Positions 16,606 to 25,781 of a stretch of DNA of 32,147 nucleotides are shown here, piece by piece. Origin of the DNA: a virus (lineage: Duplodnaviria; Heunggongvirae; Uroviricota; Caudoviricetes); the IMG/VR virus record IMGVR_UViG_2537562172_000009, positions 1 to 32,147 of that record; one strand, given 5' to 3'. The notes beneath the pieces are model-generated. The model did not search any database and had not been told where the DNA came from. It worked only from the letters and a program-made list of their open reading frames with translations. A program made the translations under genes and the position numbers. How positions within the stretch are numbered: the first letter of the stretch is position 1; each line of letters begins with the position of its first letter.

Positions 16606-17355
16606 ATGACGAGCCCCGCACAGCGTCACATGATGCGGGTCTCGGCCTCTCAAGCCGCGCAGCGGGAACAAGCCCCGCTGCGCCATGCAACCGCCTACGA
16701 GCAGATGCTGGTAAAGCTGGCCGATGACCGCCGCACGTTGAAAACCATCCGTTCAAACGAACTGAAAGCCGCGAAAAAGCGTGAGCTGCTGCCGTTCTAT
16801 GCGCCGTGGGTCGCCGGTGTGCTGGCTGATGGCCGTGGTGCGCAGGATGACATTCTGATGACAGTCATGCTGTGGCGTCTCGATGCCGGTGATATCGCTG
16901 GCGCGCTGGAAATTGCGCCATACGCGCTGAAGTACGGCCTCACCTCTGACTATCGCCGCACGACACCTTACATGCTGGTTGAGGAGGTGGCGCTTGCCGC
17001 GCTGCGCCTGCGCGATGCCGGTGAGCCTGTCGACCTCGCATTACTGCTGACCACCCTTAGCCTGACCGACGGCGCTGACGTTCCCGATATGGTGCGCGCT
17101 CGACTGCATAAGGTGACCGGTCTAACCCTGCGCGATGCCGGTCAGAGCGCCGAAGCACTGGCACAGTTTCAGCGCGCGATGCAGCTCGACCGCAATGCCG
17201 GTGTGCGCAAAGAGATTGAGCGACTGGAGCGGGCATTGAAGCCTAAGCCCGATGCCGCGCCCCGTAAAACGACTAAACCGCGCACGCGCAAACCTGCCAC
17301 CAAACCGGCGGCAAAGCGCGGGCGTCCACCAAAGGCGGTAAAAACCGCCGGTTAA
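16606..17355 (+). CDS. M: terminase small (endonuclease) subunit
   Basis: 249 aa from the ATG at 16606 (SD GGAGAG upstream; the ORF-track start at 16510 overlaps N); Arg/Lys/Pro-rich C-terminus; size and position match P2 gpM. Confidence 0.82.
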   Translation: MTSPAQRHMMRVSASQAAQREQAPLRHATAYEQMLVKLADDRRTLKTIRSNELKAAKKRELLPFYAPWVAGVLADGRGAQDDILMTVMLWRLDAGDIAGALEIAPYALKYGLTSDYRRTTPYMLVEEVALAALRLRDAGEPVDLALLLTTLSLTDGADVPDMVRARLHKVTGLTLRDAGQSAEALAQFQRAMQLDRNAGVRKEIERLERALKPKPDAAPRKTTKPRTRKPATKPAAKRGRPPKAVKTAG

Positions 17356-17448
17356 CTGAACGCTCCCCGAGCCGGGCGGCACGCCGGTCAAAGCGGGTTT
17401 TGACCCTGACGGCGACCGGCGTCCACCGCCCAACCTAATGAGGTTGTC

Positions 17449-17958
17449 ATGACGACAGTAATACTGAATCAGCCCGACGAACCGCAGGACGTACCGGGCG
17501 TGGTGATTCCCGCACCGGAGACGGGCGACGCAGTGATTAAAAACACGTTCTTTTTCCCTGATGTGGATCCGAAGCGGGTGCGCGAGCTGATGCGCCTTGA
17601 GCAGACGGTTTCCGATGCGCGCCTGCGCAACGCCATCAAGACCGGCATGGCGGAAACCAATGCGGAGCTTTACGACTACCGGCTGCGCCAGATTGCCGCA
17701 GGGTTTAAGACACTGGCCGACGTGCCTGACGCCGAGGAAATCGACGGCGAGAATGTGCGCATTTTCCACTACCTCAGCGCCGTGACGGCGATGGCGACCG
17801 CCACCCTGTATGAGCGTTATCGCGGGGTTGAGGCCACCGGCAAGGGTGACAAAAAAGCCGACAGCGTCGAAACCACCATTGATGACCTGTGGCGGGATAT
17901 GCGCTGGTCGGTCTCGCGCCTGCAGGATAAGCCGCGCTGCATCGTGGGTCAGCTCTGA
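17449..17958 (+). CDS. L: head completion/stabilisation protein
   Basis: 169 aa; position and size match P2 gpL. Confidence 0.82.
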   Translation: MTTVILNQPDEPQDVPGVVIPAPETGDAVIKNTFFFPDVDPKRVRELMRLEQTVSDARLRNAIKTGMAETNAELYDYRLRQIAAGFKTLADVPDAEEIDGENVRIFHYLSAVTAMATATLYERYRGVEATGKGDKKADSVETTIDDLWRDMRWSVSRLQDKPRCIVGQL

Positions 17959-18161
17959 TGAAAGTCTACGCGATGCAGGGCGACACCATCGACGCGCTTT
18001 GCGCCCGGTATTACGGGCGCACTGAGGGCGTGGTCGAGGCGGTGCTGCAGGCTAATCCCGGTCTGTCTGAGCTGGGCGTCATTCTGCCGCATGGCACGGC
18101 AATTGACCTGCCCGACGTGGCATCGTCACCCGTAACAGAAACTATCAACCTTTGGGAGTAA
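17958..18161 (+). CDS. X: tail protein X
   Basis: 67 aa; start overlaps the L stop (ATGA); position and size match P2 gpX. Confidence 0.8.
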   Translation: MKVYAMQGDTIDALCARYYGRTEGVVEAVLQANPGLSELGVILPHGTAIDLPDVASSPVTETINLWE

Positions 18162-18164
18162 ACC

Positions 18165-18461
18165 ATGACAGAAGGGGAAAAAGGCGTCCTGTCACTGTTT
18201 GTGATTGGCGTGATGATTGTTGTCGGAAAAGTGCTGGCGGGTGGTGAGCCCATTACCCCGCGCCTGTTTATCGGCCGCATGCTGCTCGGCGGTTTTGTTT
18301 CAATGGTCGCCGGTGTTGTTCTGGTGCAGTTTCCAGATATGTCACTGCCTGCCGTTTGTGGGATTGGATCCATGCTCGGCATTGCAGGTTATCAGGTGGT
18401 GGAAATCGCCATTCAGCGCCGCTTTAAGTCACAACAGGGGGATAGCGATGCCGGTCATTAA
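18165..18461 (+). CDS. Y: holin
   Basis: 98 aa with three hydrophobic helices and a charged C-terminus (RRFKSQQGDSDAGH); immediately precedes the endolysin. Confidence 0.75.
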   Translation: MTEGEKGVLSLFVIGVMIVVGKVLAGGEPITPRLFIGRMLLGGFVSMVAGVVLVQFPDMSLPAVCGIGSMLGIAGYQVVEIAIQRRFKSQQGDSDAGH

Positions 18462-18945
18462 TACTCACCAGAATATCGCCGCGTTTCTGGACATGCTGGC
18501 CTATTCCGAAGGGACGGCGATGCATCCGCTGACGAAAAATCGTGGTTACGACGTCATTGTCACTGGCATTGATGGCAAGCCGGAAATTTTCACCGACTAC
18601 ACCGACCACCCTTTCGCACATGGCAGACCAGCGAAAGTGTTTAATCGACGCGGCGAAAAATCCACGGCATCAGGGCGTTACCAGCAGCTTTATCTCTACT
18701 GGCCGCACTATCAGAAACAGCTCGCATTGCCTGATTTCAGCCCGTTGTCGCAGGACAAACTTGCGATTCAGTTAATCCGGGAGCGCGGTGCCATTGAGGA
18801 TATTAAAGCGGGGCGTATTGAGCGAGCAATTTCACGTTGCCGCAATATCTGGGCGTCGCTGCCGGGTGCAGGTTACGGCCAGCGTGAGCACAGCCTCGAC
18901 AAACTGGTCACTGTGTGGCGCACGGCTGGCGGGGTGATGGCATGA
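18448..18945 (+). CDS. K: endolysin (lysozyme)
   Basis: 165 aa from the ATG at 18448, overlapping the holin 3' end; position and size match P2 gpK. The ORF-track start at 18217 is an in-frame read-through inside the holin gene. Confidence 0.8.
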   Translation: MPVINTHQNIAAFLDMLAYSEGTAMHPLTKNRGYDVIVTGIDGKPEIFTDYTDHPFAHGRPAKVFNRRGEKSTASGRYQQLYLYWPHYQKQLALPDFSPLSQDKLAIQLIRERGAIEDIKAGRIERAISRCRNIWASLPGAGYGQREHSLDKLVTVWRTAGGVMA

Positions 18946-19355
18946 AAATCCTGATAACGCTGCTGGTGCTGGCCGTGCTCGGGCTGCTGTGGTTGCGCCA
19001 TGAGAACGGCAATTTATCCCGCTCCTTTGAGACGGCAAACCGCGTCGCAAGCGAACAAAAGACGACGATTGGCATGCTGAAAAATCAGCTCAGTGTTGCC
19101 GGTCAGCTTGCCCGACGTAATGAATCCGCGCAGGTGGAACTGCGCGAACAGCTCGCAAAGGCCAGCGCAGAGGCCAGCCGCCGTGAGCAGACGATAACGA
19201 GGTTACTTAATGAAAATGAAGCCTTTCGCCGCTGGTATAACGCTGCTTTGCCTGATGTTGTGCGTCGGTTGCACACCCGCCCCGCCTGCGCCAGCGCCGG
19301 TGATTGTGGTCAGCGGATGCCCGAGGGTGAGCCTTTGCCCGATGCCGGGCAGTGA
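18942..19355 (+). CDS. lysB: Rz-like i-spanin (LysB equivalent)
   Basis: 137 aa from the ATG at 18942, overlapping the lysozyme stop (ATGA); N-terminal TM segment MKILITLLVLAVLGLLWL followed by a coiled-coil-like charged region. Confidence 0.72.
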   Translation: MKILITLLVLAVLGLLWLRHENGNLSRSFETANRVASEQKTTIGMLKNQLSVAGQLARRNESAQVELREQLAKASAEASRREQTITRLLNENEAFRRWYNAALPDVVRRLHTRPACASAGDCGQRMPEGEPLPDAGQ

Positions 19356-19500
19356 CCCGAAAACCAATGGTGACCTGAGCGCTGATATCCGCCGTCTTGA
19401 GGGCGCGCTGACCGCCTGCGCGCTGCAGGTCAAAACCGTCAAACACTGTCAGGATGAACTCGATGCAGAAGCACAAAAGCCTGCGCAAAGCGCTGATTAA
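19210..19500 (+). CDS. lysC: Rz1-like o-spanin lipoprotein (LysC equivalent)
   Basis: 96 aa; starts in the +1 frame inside lysB and extends beyond it; signal peptide with Cys (LLCLMLCVGC) and a Pro-rich mature N-terminus (TPAPPAPAPV). Confidence 0.7.
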   Translation: MKMKPFAAGITLLCLMLCVGCTPAPPAPAPVIVVSGCPRVSLCPMPGSDPKTNGDLSADIRRLEGALTACALQVKTVKHCQDELDAEAQKPAQSAD

Positions 19501-19930
19501 CGCCGTGCCGCAGCTCAGAAACAACCCCGATATGTTGCGCCTTTTCGCCGATAACGGGCATACCGATTCCCGGCTTGCCAGCTCACTCTCGTTTGAAAAG
19601 GTGTACGTACTGAATGTGGTGGTGACCGACTTCACCGGCGACCTCGATTTGATATTCGTGCCGGTGCAGGCGTGGCTGCGTGAACATCAGCCGGACATTA
19701 TGACCACCGACGACGGGCGGGAAAAAGGATTCACCTGGATTATTGATATCAATAACGATGATTCGCTCGATATCAGTATCAGCCTGAGGCTCACCGAGCG
19801 CACGCTCGTCAACGAGGTCGACGGCGCACTGCATGTCAGTTATGCCCCTGAGCCGCCCCCGCCTGAGCCGGTGACGCGCCCGGTTGAGCTGTACGTTAAC
19901 GGCGAGCTGGTGAGTAAGTGGGATGAGTGA
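19454..19930 (+). CDS. R: tail completion protein R
   Basis: 158 aa; position and size match P2 gpR; start overlaps the 3' end of lysC (an alternative ATG lies 9 nt downstream). Confidence 0.8.
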   Translation: MNSMQKHKSLRKALINAVPQLRNNPDMLRLFADNGHTDSRLASSLSFEKVYVLNVVVTDFTGDLDLIFVPVQAWLREHQPDIMTTDDGREKGFTWIIDINNDDSLDISISLRLTERTLVNEVDGALHVSYAPEPPPPEPVTRPVELYVNGELVSKWDE

Positions 19931-20372
19931 GTTAACCGCACTGCAGGAGCGCCTTGCCGGTCTGATTGCCAGCCTGTCACCGGCGGCGCGGCGGCAAATG
20001 GCCGCTGATATTGCGAAGCGCCTGCGCACCAGTCAGCAACAGCGCATTAAGCGCCAGCAGGCACCCGACGGCACCCCGTATGCCGCCCGTAAACGCCAGC
20101 CGGTGCGGAGCAAGAGAGGTCGTATCAAGCGCGAAATGTTCGCCAAACTGCGCACCAATCGCTTTATGAAAGCCAAAGGCAGCGACAGTGCGGCGGTTGT
20201 GGACTTTACCGGCAAGGTGCAGCGCATGGCGCGGGTGCATCAGTACGGCCTAAAAGACCGGCCAAACCGCAACAGCCGGGATGTGCAGTACGAGGCGCGC
20301 CCGCTGCTGGGTATTAACGCTGATGATGTTTCTGTTATTAATGATATTATCATTGGATCTTTATCAAAATAA
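19923..20372 (+). CDS. S: tail completion / virion morphogenesis protein S
   Basis: 149 aa; overlaps the R stop; position and size match P2 gpS. Confidence 0.8.
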   Translation: MSELTALQERLAGLIASLSPAARRQMAADIAKRLRTSQQQRIKRQQAPDGTPYAARKRQPVRSKRGRIKREMFAKLRTNRFMKAKGSDSAAVVDFTGKVQRMARVHQYGLKDRPNRNSRDVQYEARPLLGINADDVSVINDIIIGSLSK

Positions 20373-20397
20373 TAGTGTTAAAAGGTAGCGGCGAAAA

Positions 20398-21441
20398 ATG
20401 GGTGGTGCATATTTATTCGATATCATAAAGGACATGCTGCCAGTTTTATCAGGCCTACTAGGAGTGTTGGGTATTCTCAATGTGTTTAAAACTTCGAATA
20501 ATCGCCTTAGCTTTTGGGGATGGCTGGCTGTTTTTGTAATTGTGATCTCCACGATTGCAACACTGCTATTAGCGAAAAAGGAAAAAAATGATAATGAGCG
20601 GGAAAAGATACAACTCCAAAACAAAATAGATAACATATTAAGAGACGTAGCCAAGGCTCGTGAGCCAATTGGGGAGGTTTCCATAACCTATTGGTCGCTG
20701 CTTCCTGATTCGAATCAACTGGTTCGAAAATACAAAGACTATCTTAATGAAAAAGCAAGAGGTGAGGTCGAAAATTTTTCATTCCATAACCTAACGAAGA
20801 CTAATAAAGATTATTTCGGGACTACAATCGATTTGGATGGGAAGCTCGCCGTTTTTAGCATTGATGAAAAAAACAAGTATTGGCCCTCGGGTTCTTTCTC
20901 TGAAATCGGTCTTTTGGCCTCAAATTTTTCAATAATGCTCTGTATCAATTCCAAACACACTAATGCTAAGGATGTGCGTTTTATCATAGGGGCAAGGAAC
21001 AACTTAGATTGGTGTGCTCTTGCCTTGCTGCCAAGAACAAGTGATATCTTTTATGACGTCAAAAAAGATAAAATTGGATTGGCAACAACCATTACATATG
21101 ACAAAAAATGGGTGTATTCCAATGGCGTTATTTCCTCGGTTAGAGATTTCTTCGGTTCGGATGTCTTTTTTGTTCTTCCCTCTACAGATTCTCGATTTTT
21201 GAATGACTATCTAAAGTCCATAGGAGCACCTCAGACGCTTATAGAGTCAAATAAAATAAAGTCCGAGATCATTGCTGGTATGAGCACAGAGTCAGTGAGC
21301 GTCAAAATGGGGGATGGCCAACGTTTTAATATCTCAGGAGAACATCTAAAAAAATATAACTCGAAAGATGGCAGAACTTTTTTCTATATCAAAATGCCTT
21401 TGTCAGAAAAAGAAGTTAGTGAGCTCGAGACAAAAAATTAG
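20398..21441 (+). CDS. hypothetical membrane-anchored protein (2 TM + coiled coil + about 250-aa domain), moron in the S-V slot
   Basis: 347 aa; AT-rich; hydrophobic segments LPVLSGLLGVLGILNVF and WLAVFVIVISTIATLLLA, then a Lys/Glu/Asn-rich stretch; sits where P2 carries orf30 (my recollection). Confidence 0.6.
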   Translation: MGGAYLFDIIKDMLPVLSGLLGVLGILNVFKTSNNRLSFWGWLAVFVIVISTIATLLLAKKEKNDNEREKIQLQNKIDNILRDVAKAREPIGEVSITYWSLLPDSNQLVRKYKDYLNEKARGEVENFSFHNLTKTNKDYFGTTIDLDGKLAVFSIDEKNKYWPSGSFSEIGLLASNFSIMLCINSKHTNAKDVRFIIGARNNLDWCALALLPRTSDIFYDVKKDKIGLATTITYDKKWVYSNGVISSVRDFFGSDVFFVLPSTDSRFLNDYLKSIGAPQTLIESNKIKSEIIAGMSTESVSVKMGDGQRFNISGEHLKKYNSKDGRTFFYIKMPLSEKEVSELETKN

Positions 21442-21486
21442 CACGGACCATTAGTATAGTTTGATTCTGGTTTGTGTCATGCCTCA

Positions 21487-21524
21487 CAGATAGGAAGAAA
21501 GTTGTTCATCACTTCTCCTATCTG
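21487..21524. repeat. hairpin-forming inverted repeat between the moron and gene V
   Basis: CAGATAGGA(A)GAA ... CTTCTCCTATCTG: a 9-bp stem plus a 3-bp extension with one bulge and an about 12-nt loop; ends about 12 nt before the V start codon. Confidence 0.5.
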
Positions 21525-21536
21525 CATTCTGTCCGT

Positions 21537-22172
21537 ATGAATACTTTAAACAATATCCAAGAACTGGCCCGCGCGATTCGCAACCTCATCCGCTCAGGCG
21601 TGGTGACGGAAGTCGACACCGTAAAGGGGCTGTGCCGCGTACAAAGCGGCGGGATCCAGACTACATGGCTGAACTGGCTGACCACCCGCGCCGGTCGTTC
21701 GCGGACGTGGTGGGCTCCCTCGGTCGGTGAGCAGGTTCTGCTGCTGGCAATCGGTGGCGAGCTTGATACCGCTTTCGTGCTGCCGGGTATTTTCTCCGAC
21801 GATAACCCCGCCCCGTCTGCCTCGGCGGATGCGTGGCATGTGGCTTTCCCTGATGGTGCGGTCATTGAGTACGAGCCCGAGGCCGGCGCGCTGACGGTCA
21901 GCGGTATCAAAACTGCCGACGTGACGGCATCGGAGTCCATCACTGCAACCGTACCGCTGGTACTGGTGAAAGCCTCGACCAGTATCACCCTCGACACCCC
22001 GGAGGTGATTTGCACCAATAAGCTGACGACAGCGACGCTTGAGGTACAAAAAGGCGGCAAGATGAGCGGCAATATCGAACATACCGGCGGGTCACTGTCG
22101 TCTAATGGCAAGGTACTCCACACCCATAAACACCCGGGCGACAGCGGCGGGCAAACGGGGGCACCGTTATGA
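21537..22172 (+). CDS. V: baseplate assembly / spike protein V
   Basis: 211 aa from the ATG at 21537, the size I recall for P2 gpV; precedes W-J-I. Confidence 0.85.
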   Translation: MNTLNNIQELARAIRNLIRSGVVTEVDTVKGLCRVQSGGIQTTWLNWLTTRAGRSRTWWAPSVGEQVLLLAIGGELDTAFVLPGIFSDDNPAPSASADAWHVAFPDGAVIEYEPEAGALTVSGIKTADVTASESITATVPLVLVKASTSITLDTPEVICTNKLTTATLEVQKGGKMSGNIEHTGGSLSSNGKVLHTHKHPGDSGGQTGAPL

Positions 22173-22516
22173 CGGCGCGCTATCAGGGTATGAACCGAAA
22201 TACCGGCCTCGGCATCAGCGACACTGAGCACATCAGCCAGAGCATGCGCGACATACTGCTGACGCCGGTCGGCTCGCGGGTGATGCGCCGTGAATATGGC
22301 TCGCTTCTGTCGGCGCTGATTGATATGCCGCAAAACCCGGCGCTCAGGTTGCAAATTATGGTGGCGTGCTATTCGGCTATCCAGAAGTGGGAGCCGCGCA
22401 TCAGGCTTACCTCCATCAACTTTGAGACCGGCGACGCTGGCGAAATGTATGTCGATATTACCGGGATGCGTACCGATACCGGTGCGTCAGTTTCAACCAC
22501 TGTTTCACTGAGTTAA
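22169..22516 (+). CDS. W: baseplate assembly protein W
   Basis: 115 aa; overlaps the V stop; position and size match P2 gpW. Confidence 0.85.
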   Translation: MTARYQGMNRNTGLGISDTEHISQSMRDILLTPVGSRVMRREYGSLLSALIDMPQNPALRLQIMVACYSAIQKWEPRIRLTSINFETGDAGEMYVDITGMRTDTGASVSTTVSLS

Positions 22517-22522
22517 ATCACT

Positions 22523-23431
22523 ATGGCAACCGTTGACCTGAGTCAGTTACCCGTTCCCGATGTGGTTGAGGAACTGGACTATGAAACTATCCTTGCGGAA
22601 CGCATTGCGACGCTGATTTCGCTCTATCCCGAAGACCAGCAGGAGGCCATTGCCCGGACGCTCACACTTGAGTCAGAGCCGATTGTTAAGCTGCTGCAGG
22701 AAAACGCCTACCGTGAAGTTATCTGGCGTCAGCGGGTGAACGAAGCCGCGCAGGCGGTGACGCTGGCCTACTCCGCCGGTAACGACCTCGACGTCGTGGC
22801 CGGGAACAACAATACCGAACGCCTGACCATCACCCCGGCGGATGACACCACCATCCCGCCGACACCTGCCGTTATGGAATCTGATACTGACCTGCGACTG
22901 CGCACGCAACAGGCGTTTGAGGGATTGAGCGTGGCGGGTCCGGTCGGCGCATATGAGTATCACGGTCGCAGCGCCGACGGGCGGGTCGCTGACGTCTCGG
23001 TCGCAAGTCCGTCGCCAGCCTGCGTGACGATTACCGTGCTATCGCGAGAGGGTGACGGCACTGCCAGCCCTGAACTACTGGCGATTGTTGATAAAGCGCT
23101 GAACGCCGAAGATGTGCGCCCGGTGGCCGACCGGGTTACCGTCCAGTCAGCCGAGATTGTGCCGTACCAGATTGACGCGACGCTCTACGTTTACCCCGGT
23201 CCCGAATCTGAACCCATCAGGCAGGCATCAGAGCAGAAGCTGCAGAGCTACATCAGCGCGCAGCACCGCCTCGGGCGTGATATCCGTCTGTCAGCCATTT
23301 ATGCGGCGCTGCATGTTGAGGGGGTGCAGCGTGTCGAGCTGGCATCACCGCAGGCCGACATAGTGCTGAGTAAGTCGCAGGCGTCGAACTGCACCGAGTA
23401 CCAGATAACTATCGGGGGCTCGGATGAGTGA
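22523..23431 (+). CDS. J: baseplate assembly protein J
   Basis: 302 aa; position and size match P2 gpJ. Confidence 0.87.
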   Translation: MATVDLSQLPVPDVVEELDYETILAERIATLISLYPEDQQEAIARTLTLESEPIVKLLQENAYREVIWRQRVNEAAQAVTLAYSAGNDLDVVAGNNNTERLTITPADDTTIPPTPAVMESDTDLRLRTQQAFEGLSVAGPVGAYEYHGRSADGRVADVSVASPSPACVTITVLSREGDGTASPELLAIVDKALNAEDVRPVADRVTVQSAEIVPYQIDATLYVYPGPESEPIRQASEQKLQSYISAQHRLGRDIRLSAIYAALHVEGVQRVELASPQADIVLSKSQASNCTEYQITIGGSDE

Positions 23432-24032
23432 CAGGCTGTTACCCGTTGGCTCGTCGCCGCTGGAAGTTACCGCCGCTGCTGCACTCTCTGAGATTCAGCG
23501 CGTGCCGGTACCGTTGCGCACCCTGTGGAACTGGCGTACCTGCCCGGTAAACCTGCTGCCGTATCTGGCGTGGGCGCTGTCGGTCGACCGGTGGGATGAG
23601 AAGTGGCCGGAGGCGACAAAGCGCAGCGTCTGCGCGTCTTCGTTTTTCGTCCATCAGCACAAAGGCACCATCAGCGCATTGCGTCGGGTGGTTGAGCCGC
23701 TCGGCTTTCTGATTGAGGTGCGCGAGTGGTGGCAGCTCGACGAGGAGCCAGGCACATTTCGCCTCGTTGTCGGTGTGCTCGACAGTGGCATCACTGACGA
23801 AATGTATCAGGAGCTTGAGCGCCTGATTGAAGACGCCAAACCGGCAAGTCGCCACCTGACGGGGCTGGCTATCAGCCTGAGTGCAACCGGCGAGCTGTAT
23901 GTCGGCGCGGGATGCTACGCCGGCGACGCGCTGACCGTTTACCCCTACACCCCCGAGGAAATTGTCGTCGGCGGTGAATATTACCCGGCCTCGGCCATCC
24001 ATTTGATTGATAACCTGAGAGTGAACGCATGA
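23424..24032 (+). CDS. I: baseplate/tail protein I
   Basis: 202 aa; overlaps the J stop; precedes the tail fibre gene. Confidence 0.82.
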   Translation: MSDRLLPVGSSPLEVTAAAALSEIQRVPVPLRTLWNWRTCPVNLLPYLAWALSVDRWDEKWPEATKRSVCASSFFVHQHKGTISALRRVVEPLGFLIEVREWWQLDEEPGTFRLVVGVLDSGITDEMYQELERLIEDAKPASRHLTGLAISLSATGELYVGAGCYAGDALTVYPYTPEEIVVGGEYYPASAIHLIDNLRVNA

Positions 24033-25054
24033 CCGCAAAATATTTTGCCATTCTGACCAATCAGGGCGCGGCGCGGCTGGCGAACGCGGCGGCACTCGGT
24101 ACCAAGCTCAACCTGACGCAGATGGCGGTCGGTGATGCGAATGGTACGCTGCCGACCCCTGACCCGACGCAGACGAAGCTCATTAACCAGAAGCGCATCG
24201 CGCCGCTGAACCTGCTGACCGTTGACCCGGCCAATACCAGCCAGATTATCGCGGAACAGATTATTCCCGAGAATGAGGGCGGTTTCTGGATCCGTGAGAT
24301 TGGTCTCTATGATGATGCCGGTGTGCTTATTGCCGTGGCGAACTGCCCGGAAACCTACAAACCACAACTGCAGGAGGGAAGCGGCCGCACGCAGACCATT
24401 CGCATGATTCTGATTGTGTCGAGCACGTCGGCTATTACTCTGAAAATCGACCCGTCGGTCGTGCTGGCAACGCGCCAGTATGTCGACGATAAGGTTATTG
24501 AGGTGAAAGCCTATGCCGATAATCTGCTGGCCGCACACCTCGCCGCCGCGAATCCTCATCCGCAGTACCTGCAAGTCGCCGACATAGCGAAATATACGCC
24601 AGTAGGTGTGCCACTTCCTTTCCCGTCAGCAACGCCGCCGACAGGCTGGCTGAAATGCAACGGCGCGGCATTTGATAAGGCGAAATATCCGGGGCTGGCT
24701 GCAGTTTTTCCGTCTGGTTATTTGCCTGATTTACGCGGTGAGTTTATTCGCTGCTGGGATGATGGGCGCGGTATTGATTCAGGCCGCATGTTACTGAGCG
24801 CGCAGACGGGAATGCTGGAAAGGCACCGACACTTCATCGTCGCGAATACTGCATATGAGGAAACCGATGAATGGGATATCGGTGTCATTTATCGTTCTAC
24901 ATACGTGCAGGGACGCGGGCTTGATGCATCTTCGACTGGAGGTAGCTTGATTCCTACCCCGACCCTTCACTCTAAAGGTCGTGTAGGTAATACCGGCGGA
25001 GCTGAAACACGACCGCGTAACATCGCATTTAATTACATCGTGAGGGCGGCATAA
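24029..25054 (+). CDS. H: tail fibre protein (short H variant with collar-type C-terminal region)
   Basis: 341 aa; N-terminal region (MAVGDANGTLP...GGFWIREIGLYDDAGVLIAVAN...EGSGRTQTIRMILIVSS) resembles the conserved P2 gpH N-terminus; C-terminal segment (LKCNGAAFDKAKYPGLAAVF...LPDLRGEFIR) resembles phage tail-collar domains. Confidence 0.8.
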   Translation: MTAKYFAILTNQGAARLANAAALGTKLNLTQMAVGDANGTLPTPDPTQTKLINQKRIAPLNLLTVDPANTSQIIAEQIIPENEGGFWIREIGLYDDAGVLIAVANCPETYKPQLQEGSGRTQTIRMILIVSSTSAITLKIDPSVVLATRQYVDDKVIEVKAYADNLLAAHLAAANPHPQYLQVADIAKYTPVGVPLPFPSATPPTGWLKCNGAAFDKAKYPGLAAVFPSGYLPDLRGEFIRCWDDGRGIDSGRMLLSAQTGMLERHRHFIVANTAYEETDEWDIGVIYRSTYVQGRGLDASSTGGSLIPTPTLHSKGRVGNTGGAETRPRNIAFNYIVRAA

Positions 25055-25650
25055 TGGCGAAAGCAACATTGAATAAAATCGGTATTGCCACAAAAGCCGG
25101 TGATATGACTGTTTATAACTACGACGGGGAAACGCGCGAGTTTCTGTCGACTTCCACCGAGTTTCTAGCGGTGGGCGTGGGGATTCCAGCCAACTCGTGT
25201 ACTGATGCGCCGGTCGATGAGAAAGAAGGTTTTGCCATTTGCCGCACGGCCAGCCTTGATGGGTGGGATTATGTTGTCGACCACCGGGGCGAGACCGTGT
25301 ATGACACCGAAACCGGTCAGCCTGTCGAGATTACCGGGCTTGGTGATTATCCTGATAATGTGACCACCATCGAACCGATGACGCCTTACGACCGCTGGAA
25401 CGGTAGCGAATGGATTATGGATGCGGATGCACAGAAAGGCGGTCAGGTTGCGACAGCAGAACAGAATAAAGCCTCATTGCTGGCCGAAGCGCAAAGCACA
25501 ATCAGCCTGTGGCAGACTGAGCTGCAGCTCGACATCATCAGCGACGATGACAAAGCCAACCTGATTGCATGGATGAAATACATTCAGGCGCTGAACGCGG
25601 TCGACACCTCAACAGCACCGGATATCGAGTGGCCGGTAAAACCGGAATAA
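25054..25650 (+). CDS. G: tail fibre assembly protein
   Basis: 198 aa; start overlaps the H stop; position after the tail fibre gene and an Asp-rich C-terminal region typical of Tfa chaperones. Confidence 0.8.
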   Translation: MAKATLNKIGIATKAGDMTVYNYDGETREFLSTSTEFLAVGVGIPANSCTDAPVDEKEGFAICRTASLDGWDYVVDHRGETVYDTETGQPVEITGLGDYPDNVTTIEPMTPYDRWNGSEWIMDADAQKGGQVATAEQNKASLLAEAQSTISLWQTELQLDIISDDDKANLIAWMKYIQALNAVDTSTAPDIEWPVKPE

Positions 25651-25655
25651 CGCAA

Positions 25656-25680
25656 GGCGGGCTGATGCCCGTCTTTTTTA
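25656..25680 (+). terminator. rho-independent terminator after the tail-fibre operon
   Basis: GGCGGGC-TGAT-GCCCGTC (7-bp stem with one G-U pair) followed by TTTTTTAT, 6 nt after the G stop. Confidence 0.7.
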
Positions 25681-25781
25681 TGATTTGTTTATGTGCCATC
25701 CCCTACCCATCGCCGATAAATAGCCCCTCAACAGACCAGCCAGGACAATAACACTTGCCCACTAACCACGGAGTTAACCGG

